Assembly (NCBI RefSeq): GCF_023055435.1
Contig: NW_025964001.1
Location: 10,788,001 to 10,852,000 of the forward strand
Source of the DNA: Haliotis rufescens
Taxonomy: Eukaryota
DNA length: 64,000 nucleotides
Reading direction: 5' to 3'
Positions 1 through 12,506 of the stretch are shown here, one piece after another; positions within the stretch are counted from its first letter, which is position 1; every line of letters begins with the position of its first letter. Below the pieces are notes generated by a model. It saw nothing but the letters and a program-made list of their open reading frames with translations, did not search any database and was not told where the DNA came from. The position numbers were made by a program, and so were the translations under genes.

Positions 1-423
1 ACATTGATGATATCTATGAGGAAATCAAGTATTTGACATATTGTTTACTCAGCAAACTTCAGATGACATTTGCTTTAATTTTTGAAAAATATTTCCTGAG
101 CACTTGAATATTCAGGTTTAACTATATTTGTGGTTTTTCCTCAGGTTTGTTGTATCCGATACTGGGATAGAAATTTGAAAAACCAAATAAGATCTAGGTC
201 AAGCAAATCCTTTGAGCTTCTGAGAATCCACATGGTATATTCACTTGTCTGAAATACTATCTTTGGGTATATAGAATGTCCTCCTTGATTGTATTAAGGA
301 TTATGTTTAATCTTTGAGACAGGAATTTGTTGGTACATTTGGTAGAGTTTGTATGGATTCTTAATTAAGAAGTCATTTCTTAAATATGATCATTTTAGCT
401 CTATACATGATGTATCCTTACAG

Positions 424-2546
424 CGTGGAACACTGGGACGTTGACAACGAGAACCTCCACGGCTTCTGGTTCCAGAACACCCTCAACGATAGAGACTACA
501 ACCTGGACATATTCCGTATCGCTCATCAAGCTGGGCCCAATGTTAAAATGTTCCTCAATGACTACAGTGTTGTGGCATCGGGTGGAATGACTGGGGTAAG
601 ACGTGATCCAGTGTGTTCACAAGGTTTTCTTATCCTTGGCTATTTTATTTAAATTTCTCGTCACTGTTGTGCTCTTAAGTTTATGCTAAATAACAGAGTA
701 GTAGGGAGGAAAATATGTTTCTTGTCGTTGTGTATTTCACTGTTAAAGGCACTGTTAAACCTTCATTTTATTAGATTCAAATACAACTTGTATAATGTAA
801 ACTTCGTTTTCTTTCTTTTACCGTTTTCAAATATTTGAATTGAATTTGTTCGCCCATGAAAGGCATAATAATGACCAAAGAAGAAAAAAGAGTCGTGCGC
901 AATATTTCTATTTCTTGCGTGAATTGTTGATGATATTATAGGCCTTGAATATGTTTCATTTTCCACCCAGGCATACCGTGACCAGGCCATCAGGTTCAAG
1001 AACGCAAACGTTGGTCTCTATGGAGTCGGTGTCCAGTGTCATTTTGGAGACAATGTTGAACCAGACCCAACGTTGATCAAGGTAACTGAAACCCAAAGGA
1101 ATTATAACCATTGCTACAAAAAGATATTTGTCCCATCTATTAACGTTTAGTCCTTCAGATAATGAATTCCACAAGTTACATTTTGTTTCAAATTCAAAGA
1201 AAAATATAAAAAATACTCTCAGTAAGTTAGTAAATTGTTTAATCATTATAATACACATTAGTCTGATAAAGGGTATGTTTTGGATGCTGATCATAATGAC
1301 ATTTGTAAATATGATTTGGATACAATGTGTGTACCATTATCTTACGTTGATGATGATGGTTATTCTTCACCGTTTCCACAATGCTTTATGTTGGTACCAC
1401 CAGCAACATCTAGATACCATTGCCCAAGCTGGAGTCCCTATCTGGGTCACTGAACTAGATTTGATTAATGCTGATGAGAACAAACGAGCTGATTGGTACG
1501 AGACCGCCCTAAGGGCGTTCTATGGCCATCCAGCTGTTGAAGGCATCATGTTTTGGGGATTCTGGAGTGAGAGACACTGGAAAGGCGAACAAGCCACACT
1601 GGTATCTGGAAATGCGTTCAGGGTAGGCATAACATGCAACTACATTATAAAATATATTATTTCACGTACATTTATCTCAATTCGATTATATTAATATTAT
1701 AAATCATATTTATGCACACGTGGCTCTTAAATACTTAAGGAGAGGGCACAAGTATGACTAATTTGAGTTTAATGTATTAAACGTTAGGGATCTTCGAAAT
1801 ACTTGATGGCAGAAAAAACGTTCGTTTGTGCCTTTTTAAGGACTGGACTACTGATCAAACGATATTACAAGCGTTTTGTACTTATACGTTTTGTAGGTAT
1901 GTGTACGATCACCCCTGTGATTTCATAAATAGGTGACGTTGTATCCTACATTTACACTGACTCTCATAGACGCTATTTGACAAAATAGATAAATAGGGGG
2001 CACGGGTGGCCCAGTCGTCTAAGGCGCCGCGATTCGCTGTGCAGAGTTGCGTCCCTTGGGCACGCCAGAAACCTATGATTGTGGGTTCGAATCCCGGTTC
2101 GCCCCAATTATGCTTCTAGGTTTCAGCACCATACCCGTGCTCGTGGGTTACACCGAAGTGGTAAACGTCTTAGACCTGCATTACTTCGGGCTTTCCTCCC
2201 ACATTAAGCTGACACACCGTGATATAACTGGAATAATGTTAAAAGCGGGGTTAGACCCAACTCACTCACTAATAGATACTTACGCATTTAAAACACACAA
2301 ATACAGTTATTTTACACGTTGTAGATAAACGCCGCTGGTCAACGTTTCCTTGACCTCACGGAGAAACAATGGATGACCAACGAAAACCACAAGCTGTCAC
2401 AATCCGGCAAGAACTTTAAAGTCCGTGGTTTCCATGGCGACTACATGGTTAAAGTCAAGGTCAACGGGAAGGAAGTTCCCTCCCTCGCGCAGTCATTTAC
2501 CTTGGGTACATCGGCTCATACTGTAACCCTCCACGTTCATAATTAG
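424..2546 (+). CDS. GH10 endo-beta-xylanase-like glycoside hydrolase, copy 1 (5'-partial; last 4 exons)
   Basis: GT-AG exons 424-595, 971-1081, 1404-1622 and 2325-2546 splice in frame. Motifs WDVDNE (acid/base Glu), LNDY, GVQCHF, IWVTELD (nucleophile Glu), FWGFW. TAG at 2544-2546, AATAAA at 2560-2565. Exon sizes are identical to copy 2. Confidence 0.93.
1996..2270 (+). mobile_element. SINE family C (~275 bp, tRNA head, V-domain-like GTGGGTTT...TTTCCTCCCAC)
   Basis: A box TGGCCCAGTCG, B box GGTTCGAATCC, (ACTC)n tail; multi-copy. Confidence 0.85.
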
Positions 2547-2916
2547 TACAATCACAGTGAATAAAGTGCGTCGGACATATTGTGTGTTGTATATTGTTAT
2601 GATGAGGTCGTCACTGCGTGCAGGATAGCTTGATTCATTTCATTTCTATGTTATCATCAGCTGGATGCATTATCAGCCTTTAGTCAAAGGAATATTGAAT
2701 GTATGTCATTGTTATTCTGAAGGAAACTTGATTCTGATAATTTGAGATCATTTCAGTTCTCATGTTACGTAATATGTAAAATGTACAATGTGAAATTATT
2801 ATGGCAGCTGTTGTTAATTAGATATTTTACATTGTTACAGTATATTTCATTTAATTGAATGACGTCTCATAACCCAGTTCACAAATAGTTTATCTTTTTA
2901 AGGACAAAGGACTGGG

Positions 2917-3229
2917 GACCCGTGAAGATCCGGGGTAGAATAGGTCTTCAAAAGAACCCATGCTTGCCGTAAAAGGTGACTATGCTTGTCGTAAAAGGTG
3001 ACTATGCTTGTCGTAAAAGGTGACTATGCTTGTCGTAAGATGCGACTAACGGGATCGGGTGATCAAGCTAGCTTACTTGGTTGACGCATGTCATCGTATC
3101 CCAATTGCGTAGATCGATGCTCATGATGTCAATCACTGGATTGTCTGGTCCAGACTCGATTATTTACAGACCACCGTCATATAGTTGGAATATTGCTGAG
3201 TGCAAAAATAAACAAAACAAACAAACAAA
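2917..3229 (+). mobile_element. SINE family A (~260 bp; TGCTTGTCGTAAGAGGCGACTAA core, (CAAA)n tail)
   Basis: Multi-copy in the window; this copy has 4 instead of 2 internal 22-bp units. Confidence 0.85.
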
Positions 3230-3297
3230 TGACTGGATGCCCCAGATGTTAGTTTATACCAAGCCCAATGGCCGGAAACGCGTCTCTGATTATGCTC

Positions 3298-3463
3298 GGG
3301 GCGGTCGGGTAGCCTAGTGGTTAAAGCGTTCGCTCGCCACGCCGAAGACCCGGGTTCGATTCCCGACATGGGTACATTGTGTGAAGCCCATTTCTGGTGT
3401 CCCCCGCCGTGACATTGCTGGAATATTGCTAAAAGCGGCGTAAAACCATACTTACTCACTCAC
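3298..3463 (+). mobile_element. SINE family B (~165 bp, tRNA(Asp)-like head, (ACTC)n tail)
   Basis: A box TAGCCTAGTGG, B box GGTTCGATTCC; TSD TGATTATGCTC. Confidence 0.88.
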
Positions 3464-3655
3464 TGATTATGCTCAATGACTTTCCTTAAGAAACCGGCTA
3501 AACTATCGGCATGGAAATGTAGGTTACGCTTAATGGAAATTCATAGAGTCTCATATTTGACGCGGTATACATGTGCTGCAAAAAATGATGCAGCCTAAAG
3601 AAGTAGGATTCACCCACTCACTCACTCACTAATACATTTTCACAGCTAAGATTTT

Positions 3656-3914
3656 TTGTTTGTTGTTTAACGTCTCACTCAGCAATATTCCAGTTATATA
3701 ACGGCAGTCTGTAAATAACCGAGTCTGTACCAGACAATTCAGTGATTGACATCATGAGCATCGATCCACGCAATAGGGGTACGATAATCCGCATCAACCA
3801 AGTAAGCGAGCCTGACCACCCAATCCCGTTAGTCGCCTCTTACGACAAGCATAGTCGCCTTTTACGGCAAGCTTTGGTTGCTGAAGACCTATTCTAACCC
3901 GGATCTTCACTGGT
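3656..3914 (-). mobile_element. SINE family A
   Basis: Reverse-complement match to the family consensus. Confidence 0.85.
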
Positions 3915-4362
3915 CACAGTTTAGTAGCATTGTGCCTATAATGCCAATGTACATACAACAACACGTGTAGGCACGTTGGGATATGCTTCAACGCCCCTTT
4001 CAATAGACAGGATGGACTATACTAAATTACCAGCTTTTCCATGTACGCCATAACAATGAAGAAAATAATGGCTATTTCAATTTATTTTTATTCCTCTATA
4101 TGCAGTTTCCACAAGTTTATCATGCCGACCATAGATAATCTTTGTGAAGAACTTGCTCACTCCTTATTGCTGAACTTTGCTCTCTGCAGCTGTAGATTCG
4201 CCATTTGTATGTGATGGCATTTTCACGAACATTTACCCATGCAGTTATAAATTTAAGATTGGGAGATTGCATAATCCGATTATTGTCACTGATAATTATG
4301 GTTCCTGTTTGTACTATTTTAGACTGCATTAAAATATAAACAGATAAAATCATATCAACAAC

Positions 4363-4616
4363 GATCCGTGAAGATCCGGGGTAGAATAGATCTTCAGCAA
4401 CTCATGCATGCCGCATTAGGCGACTATGCTTGTCGTAAGAATCGACTAACGGGATCGGTTGTCAGGCTCGCTGACTTGGTTGATGCATGTCTTCGTATCC
4501 CAATTGCGTGGATCGATGCTCATGACGTCAAACACTGGATTGTCTGGTCCAGCCGCGATTATTTATTGACCGCCATCATATAGCTGGAATATTCCTGAGT
4601 GCGGCGTTAACCAACA
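4363..4616 (+). mobile_element. SINE family A
   Basis: Match to consensus. Confidence 0.85.
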
Positions 4617-5300
4617 TGATCAACAATAGTTCAGTTTTTGATAGTTCGCAATGGTTGGAGCAGTCATGGAGAAGACACATTGCTAATCTGCTGCCTGCAT
4701 GTACATCGAAGAAGAAACACGGGTAAGAAAGAGTAGGTCAGACTAAGCTGTTTTTAATAGTCTTAATAGATCAGTATCAGTTAATACTGTATTGAATATT
4801 GTGTACATGCCAGGTGATCAGATGATTAGAATATCATCAACTTAAAACGTAAAAAAATATGTTGAAATTGATGTGTTGGCACATAAAATACTTTGGAAGA
4901 GTTCATACCTATGGGTGCACGAATACACAACCATCCATACGTAAATTGTTGGGATAGGCAATTTGATAGGGCATATCTGAACCCACAGTCAGTCTAGCTG
5001 TCGTAAGGCAGTACGTGGAATACGACAGCAATGCCCACCATGCGCTACACTTGCTTTATTCTACGGGCCCTGGCATCTAGGAGAAGCATTAGGCTCACCC
5101 GTGATACAAATAATAGCAAAGACAGCATTTCAATAAGCTAAAAGCAGAGTTAGAAGGAACAGAAATACCGTTCAAAAACCGTATTTAACAATAAATATTC
5201 TCTCCCAGAAAAATAAGTTTACCTAAATGTCCCACAATATTTCATTTTCAGGGACCACCTGCAGAAAGTATTTGAGACAAGTGAAACCAGTACAATGTGC

Positions 5301-5562
5301 GACCCGTGAAGATCCGGGGTAGAATAGGTCCTCAGCAACCCATACTTGCCGTAAAAGGTGACTATGCTTGTCGTAACAGACGACAAACGGGATCGGGTGG
5401 TCAGAATCGCTGACTTGGTTGATGAATGTCATCGATCCCAATTGCGTGGACCGATGCTCATGTTGTCAATCACTGGATTGTCTGGTCCAGACTTGATTAT
5501 TTACAGACCGCCGTCATATAGCTGGAATATTGCTGAGTGAGGCGTTAAACAACAAACAAACA
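5301..5562 (+). mobile_element. SINE family A
   Basis: Match; TSD TACAATGTGC. Confidence 0.87.
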
Positions 5563-5834
5563 ATACAATGTGCAATCTCAGAAAATTTCAATTCTGTCCA
5601 AACATTTTATTTTTCGACTATCCCTTAAACGTAAAAGAAAGGTTTTGTCACAAAACGTGGCAACCATAAATATGCTTAGGCTTCACGTATATCGATCATT
5701 GGATATCGTTTAATTATGGTCAAAAAGCTTCTTTTCTTCCACGTATTTACCCACCTGAATTAGAAATAAAAGCGACCAGCGAAACCGCTTCAGCTGTTTC
5801 CAATTAGATATATGCATGAAGATCCCGAGTGACA

Positions 5835-6060
5835 ATGAAGTATCTACAAGACAAGAGGGGTGACTTCAACATTCCTATTGTCCACCTTCCGTTTATGTCG
5901 AGCAACATTCCAGCAGTTTCAGCCTTTGGTGTCTTCAATGGTATAAACGAACATGATCTTTCTACGAAGAATTCTTATTAAATGCTTAGGATGAAATAGG
6001 AATCGTACAATGGAATCTGCATTAAGCAGAGATTTCTCATGATTATGTAAAAGGTTTTAC
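5835..6060 (+). mobile_element. Penelope-like RT remnant
   Basis: DKRGDFNIPIVHLPFMSSNIPAVSAFGV; the same motif as 49400-49500. Confidence 0.6.
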
Positions 6061-6783
6061 CGCTTTGTTCAATTCCACAATGACTTACTCACAATATGTC
6101 ATTTTACAACAGACAAAGTGGCACACAGTCCGTATAACACTTACATTATGAAACCGTATGTTTGTGTGTGTTATCTGCCGGATTCACTCAATTTCTTTCT
6201 CATAGAAAGAGTTTTGCCGATTATATTTACTGACGTACTCACGCTGCTCACTAACTTGCGCTGACCATGACCGAAGTGTTTTAACCATTTGTGCTTTATC
6301 TGCATGGTAATTTTAGTCAAGTTACTTTGTCAATTGTCACGATCTAACATAGATAGCCTCTATCTTCACACTGCAAGACAAGAATTGTCGAAAGAAATGC
6401 TTCCAGTTTTAAAATACTTAAACATCGGCGGTACTAATCATTGTCTGTGCAATATATATAAGAAGGTTATAATGCGTTTTGTATGAACTGAATGAAACAT
6501 GAAGAGATATTCTTGTGGCACAGATACTAGGAAAGGAATTCGTATAATGTGAGCCTTAATATCTGGATATTTATAAGTGTTGCGAATGTGCAAATATGCT
6601 ATAAAGTTCACCTTTAGAGCCATCACATGACCTGTTGACTATTTTTTTCAAAAATATATAATAAGAAAAGATTAGAGATTAGAGATGCAATCGAGCTGTG
6701 CCTTTTTCAAATAACAACTTTGGACAGAAGGTCACTTGAGTATACATATGGAAGCGTATAAGTGTCACATTGTGAACAAATAT

Positions 6784-8130
6784 ATCATCTACGTTGATAC
6801 TAATAACATCTACGTAGATGATACTTTCACCGACGTAGATACTAATAACATCTACGTAGAAGATACTTTCATCTACGTAGATACTAATAACAACTACGTA
6901 GAAGATACTTTCATCAACGTAGATACTAATAACATCTACATAAAAGATACTTTCACCTACGTAGATACTAATAACATCTACGTAGATGATACTTTCACCG
7001 ACGTAGATACTAATAACATCTACATAAAATATACTTTCACCAACGTAGATACTAATAACATCTACGTAGAAGATACTTTCATCTACGTAGATACAAATAA
7101 CATCTACGTAGATACTAATAACATCAAGGTAGATTCCTATAACATCTACGTAGATACTAATAACATCTACGTAGATGATACTTTCACCTACGTAGATACT
7201 AATAACATCTACGTAGAAGATACTTTCATCTACGTAGATACTAATAACATCTACGTAGATGATACTTTCACCGACGTAGATACTAATAACATCTACATAA
7301 AAGATACTTTCACCGACGTAGATACTTTCATCTACGTGGATACTAATAAAATCTACATAGATACTTATAACATCTACGTAGATACTAATAACATCTACGT
7401 AGATACTAATAACATCTACGTAGAAGATACTTTCACCTACGTAGATACTAATAACATCTACGTAGAAGATACTTTCATCTACGTAGATACTAATAACATT
7501 TACGTAGAAGATACTTTCATCTACGTAGATACTAATAACATCTACGTAGATACCAATAACATCTACGTGATGATACTTTCACCTACGTAGATACTAATTA
7601 CATCTACGTAGAAGATACTTTCACCGACGTAGATACTTATAACATCTACGTAGAAGATTCTACTAATAACATCAACGTAGAAGCTACTTTAATCTACGTA
7701 GAAACTCATAACGCCTACGTGGATACTAATAACATCTACGTAGATACTAATAACATCTACGTCGATGATACTTTCATCTACGTAGATACTAATAACATCT
7801 ACGTAGATACTAATAACATCTACGTAGATCATGCTTTCATCTACGTATATACTAATTACATCTACGTAGAAGATACTTTTCATCTACGTAGATACTAATA
7901 ACATCTACGTAGATGATACTTTCACCCACGTAGGTACTAATAATATCTACGTACAAGATACTTTCACCTAAGTGGATGCTAATAACATCTACGTAGATAC
8001 TAGTAACATCTACGTAGATACTAATAACATCTACGTAGATACTAAAAACATCTACGTAGGAGATACTTTCATCTACGAAGATACTAATAAGATCTACGTA
8101 GATCCTTATAACATCTACGTATATGCTAAT
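6784..8130. repeat. Minisatellite, mixed 21/18-bp units with palindromic core ATCTACGTAGAT
   Basis: Units ACATCTACGTAGATACTAATA interspersed with GATACTTTCATCTACGTA variants. Confidence 0.95.
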
Positions 8131-8428
8131 ATTATAATTTGTCATATAGCGTTATATCGATGCGATAAACCAAACCAAAACACTTTGAATCACGATCCGA
8201 TAAATATGTAAATGAGGTTGCCTAGCAGGAACTTCTTTCAAGCTTGATACACCAATATGCCCTTTTTCTCAATTTACTATGGACTAACGTTCCCAATATG
8301 ATGAAATAGGCGTTTCCCAATGTGTCGCCGTGTTTCTTTAGAATAAAACAGGACCGCAAGTCATTTGACTTTACATGATAAATTGGGCGGTTCACTCAAA
8401 CATTATATTCATGCGCAATTTCTAAAGC

Positions 8429-8970
8429 TAACATCTACGTAGATGATACTTTCACCGACGTAGATACTAATAACATCTACATAAAAGATACTTTCACCGA
8501 CGTAGATACTTTCATCTACGTGGATACTAATAAAATCTACGTAGATACTTATAACATCTACGTAGATACTAATAACGCCTACGTGGATACTAATAACATC
8601 TACGTAGATACTAATAACATATACGTAGATGATACTTTCATCTACGTAGATACTAATAACATCTACGTAGATGATACTTTCATCTACGTATATACTAATA
8701 ACATCTACGTAGAAGATACTTTCATCTACGTAGATACTAATAACATCTACGTAGATGATACTTTCACCCACGTAGGTACTAATAACATCTACGTACAAGA
8801 TACTTTCACCTTAGTGGATGCTAATAACATCTACGTAGATACTAATAACATCTACGTAGATACTAATAACATCTACGTAGATACTTAAAACATCTACATA
8901 GAAGATACTTTCATCTACGTAGATACTAATAAGATCTACGTAGATACTTATAACATCTACATATATGCTA
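8429..8970. repeat. Second block of the same minisatellite (internal duplication)
   Basis: Same units. The ~300 bp non-repetitive flank at 8130-8428 is repeated at 8970-9258. Confidence 0.93.
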
Positions 8971-9416
8971 ATATTATAGTTTGTCATTTAGCGTTATATC
9001 GATGCGATAAACCAAACCAAAAAACTTTGAATCACGATCCGATAAATATGTAAATGAGGTTGCCTAGCAGGAACTTCTTTCAAGCTTGATACACCAATAT
9101 GCCCTTTTTCTCAATTTACTGTGGACTAACGTTCCCAATATGATGAAATAGGCGTTTCCCAATGTGTCGCCGTGTCTCTTCAGAATAAAACAGGACCGCA
9201 AGTCATGATAAATTGGGCGGTTCACTCAAACATTATATTCATGCGCAATTTCTAAAGCTTCTTTATTTTTAAGTCAAATTACGTTTTCAAGACCCATCAA
9301 TTTAAGAATGACATTATATGGTAAAGATAAATAAAAATCATATTGTGTTTTAGAATGTGGCACTAATACGCTTCCATGCATACCCATTCTCTTCATGTAA
9401 ATGAATAAGATAAATG

Positions 9417-9548
9417 GATGTGATTAATTTTGATGAAAACAAACGAGCCGACTGAAACGAGGCATCGCTGAGAGCGTTCTATGGCCACCCGGATGTTGAA
9501 GGAATCGTGTGGTGGGGAATCTGGGGTCAGAGACACTGGAGAGGGGAG
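9417..9548 (+). pseudogene. Relic of the GH10 penultimate exon
   Basis: Translates DVINFDENKRAD*NEASLRAFYGHPDVEGIVWWGIWGQRHWRGE, homologous to 1404-1622 and 20427-20645. TGG>TGA stop, no splice sites. Confidence 0.88.
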
Positions 9549-9575
9549 GGGCTGGAGAGGGGGGGGGGGGGGGGG

Positions 9576-9835
9576 CTGCATGGACTAGTCCGGACTGATG
9601 CCGATTTATAGTGCTGGTCCAATGAGATACCATGCCGTAGCTTAACATGAATACCCCATTAGGACACAGTATACTGACTTCGACCCGTCCAGTTCTTGTT
9701 TTAGCCCCTTAATGCCGAGCGCCAGGCAGATTTACAAGTACCATCTTTTAACGTCTTTTGGAATGACGCGGCCGGGGGTCGAACCCCTGACCTTCCGCTC
9801 TCCGGGCGGACGCTCAACCACTAGACCACGAGCGC
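9576..9835 (-). mobile_element. SINE family D (~340 bp, tRNA head, Meta/RUDI-like core, (CCTCA)n tail), 3'-truncated
   Basis: CGCGTCATACCAAAAGACGTTAAAAGATGGTACTTG core; lies ~125 bp upstream of the GH10 ATG. Confidence 0.82.
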
Positions 9836-9960
9836 GTTAGATATCAATTATAACCTTCACACTAAAAGGTATGCAGTGGTCATTCCAGAAGATAAGGTTT
9901 GGAATGTATTTTCAAAGACAACCAGCTGTTACTCAGTGTCGTGGCTGCTTGCCACCAGGT

Positions 9961-12473
9961 ATGTCGATGCTGGTGCTGCTGTGCCTGCTGTCCCTCACGT
10001 CGGGACAAAATATCGTCCAGAATGGAAACATGGAAACAATGGATCATTGGGACTGTTGGAACATACATTGTGAGCTGACCACTGATCACCATAGTGGACA
10101 ACATGGAATCAAAGCCTCGGGCAGGTAGGTAGATAAATGTTGCATCAATCAAAATGACCACCTCTTCCCTCAGTAAAGACAATGCATAACAATGTTCCAT
10201 GAACATGATAATAGTTCAAGAAATCTGATTCTTTATTTAATATTCAATCATTTCTAAACAACTAAGAACATTATTTTGTAACAACATCTGTTTACAGTAC
10301 TCATAATGACCCGGACAATTTCATTTTGATAATGTATTAGAATAAAGTTTGGGAGGAATAGTACAAGACATAACAACGCTTTTTTTAAATGAAGTTCAAC
10401 ATACCACAAATCTTTTTTTTAAATCCGTGTATTTCAGAAACCATTATTACGAAGGGCCCTCGCAGACCCTCAGTGGACTTAAGGCTAATGGGCGCTATAA
10501 GGTCGACGGGTGGGTAAAACTGCTGAACGACCAGGCAGGACAACTTGGACAAAATGTGGAGTTGGAGGTGTCCGTTGACCTTAACAGTAGGTTCTGTAGC
10601 TCACTTCGAAGTCAAGACGTTTGTATTAGCGTTCTCATCTTGGTGTGAAGAGCATAATATATTGTCTTTCGTCATTATCGATTCACCAGACAAAAGGCTT
10701 TAATTTGACTTATTATTTATTATTTTGTTGGTGATAAATGTGGTTTGGAATCAATTAATGCTATCTGGAGCCATATTGAAAATCACTTTGAATCGTGTTA
10801 CTCAGTTACTTATATAATATTTATATTGATTTATTAAATGCATATATATTTGTGTTATATAAATGAGTTATGAAACATCTTCATTATCATAACTTATTAT
10901 GTTTAAGTACATTGTCAACCATTAGGTTTTGGAGAAATAAAATCATGTTTCAGTTCCGTTAACGTTTTGTTGCATCACTGTGTTGTAGGTGGGAAGAAGG
11001 CATACATCCCAACAGCCACCCATCCACTCGCCAGATCCTCCGATGGCTGGATTCACCTGACGGGGGACTTCAACGCTCCTAATGAGGGTAATGTGATATT
11101 TCATTGAACCAACGCAGCCCAGAGCAACCCGTGGAAATTCAACGCAAACTGAATTGTAAATATTTGTGTGCGCTCCTCGTAATAGTACATACTGTGTGTG
11201 ATTGTACCAAAACAACCCAATGACGTCCAACACGATCCAAAGCATTCAAGTTTTCAAAAATATTTCTTGTGTTGGAAAGGAGATCATTCCACTTCCTTGA
11301 GGAAGGAGAGCTGCTTAGTTTAACAACGAGTCCCAGGTGAAATGAACTGATTTTGAATGTTCTTTGTGTTCATTCTCTTGGAGTTGCTTGTCATAAATTC
11401 TAAAATACAATGTTTATCTCAGATTTCTACAATGGCCTCCTTTGTCACAAATACGGAAACTTAATGGTCAAAGATTGATCAATAAAAACACAACAGATGG
11501 AGTTGTTTTAATGTCCCCAGATAAACCAGAACGATGAAAGTCACTTTCCAGGTAACAGTTTAGGATAGGTTATCATGACACGATGCATGGTTCTTGGCGC
11601 CATGTTCTTTCATGGTATTCTCATTGTCGCTTCTTTGTCATTTTACTCTCAGGTATAAAATCGTCCAGTGTGTATTACCAAGGCCCATCGCCCGGTATAA
11701 ACTTTGTGGTTGACTCCGTGGCTGTGACACCCTTCGCGTCCAATACCCACTGGCGTGCAGAATCGGATGCTAACATAGAGAAACTGAGGAAAAGTGACAT
11801 CAACTTTCAGTAGGTTATGTCACATATTTAGCTTCATATGTGTAGGTGACATTGAAATCAAATGGTGGGTCTCTTACGAGAAAACGTAAACGTAAATAGG
11901 GGTCGTGCTTATGAATTCACCGAAACATAGCAACTTACTTGGCAGCCAATATAATTTTAGAAAAAATAATTTCTTGTTTATATCTGGATATAAGTATGGA
12001 TTGAATCATTGAATCAATAATCCATATACTTAAGTTTTCAGTTTCATCTGTAAATGGTATGTATGGCGTTTTTCATAATACATTTCAGCGTCACCACTGC
12101 TGGGGGGATTTCCGACAACCAAGTTGAAATTGACGTGAGTGTTTATCGGTTTCTTGTTTTTTAAATAGTTTATCAACAAATATGACAAACTGTGACACCC
12201 ACCCTCATGCCAATATGTTTGTTCCAGGTCATTCAAACAAAGAAATCGTTTGCATTTGGGACCGTCGTGGACTGTAAGGAGTATGTCCATGGCGACCAGA
12301 GATACATCAACTTCGTTAACAAGCATTTCAACTGGGCAGTCACAGGGAATGCTCTCAAATGGGACTTAATGGAACCTCAGAAGGTACTACCTGGGATCTG
12401 ACGAGTCTAGTGGTTCTCTTTATTAAATTTTTCATTACATTAAAAACACACCGGAGGAACCTTCGACCAATCT

Positions 12474-12506
<33 letters not shown>

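Larger units (their letters stand above)
6747..9378. mobile_element. Non-autonomous TIR element carrying palindromic minisatellite arrays
   Basis: Imperfect ~24-bp inverted termini ATGGAAGCGTATAAGTGTCACATT (6748-6771) and AATGTGGCACTAATACGCTTCCAT (9354-9377) bracket both arrays. Confidence 0.7.

Noticed and set aside
3081-3317. Recurrent short ORFs such as [28 protein letters not shown]
   Set aside because: Chance frames within SINE family A copies.
3298-3372. tRNA-Asp-like gene (also 15721, 47075 and others)
   Set aside because: These are SINE heads: no paired acceptor stem, a constant downstream body, a simple-repeat tail and TSDs.
6736-8888. ORFs of YVDTNNI repeats (284 aa etc.); CRISPR-like appearance
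   Set aside because: Translation of 21/18-bp minisatellite units. There are no unique spacers and no cas genes, and the context is eukaryotic.
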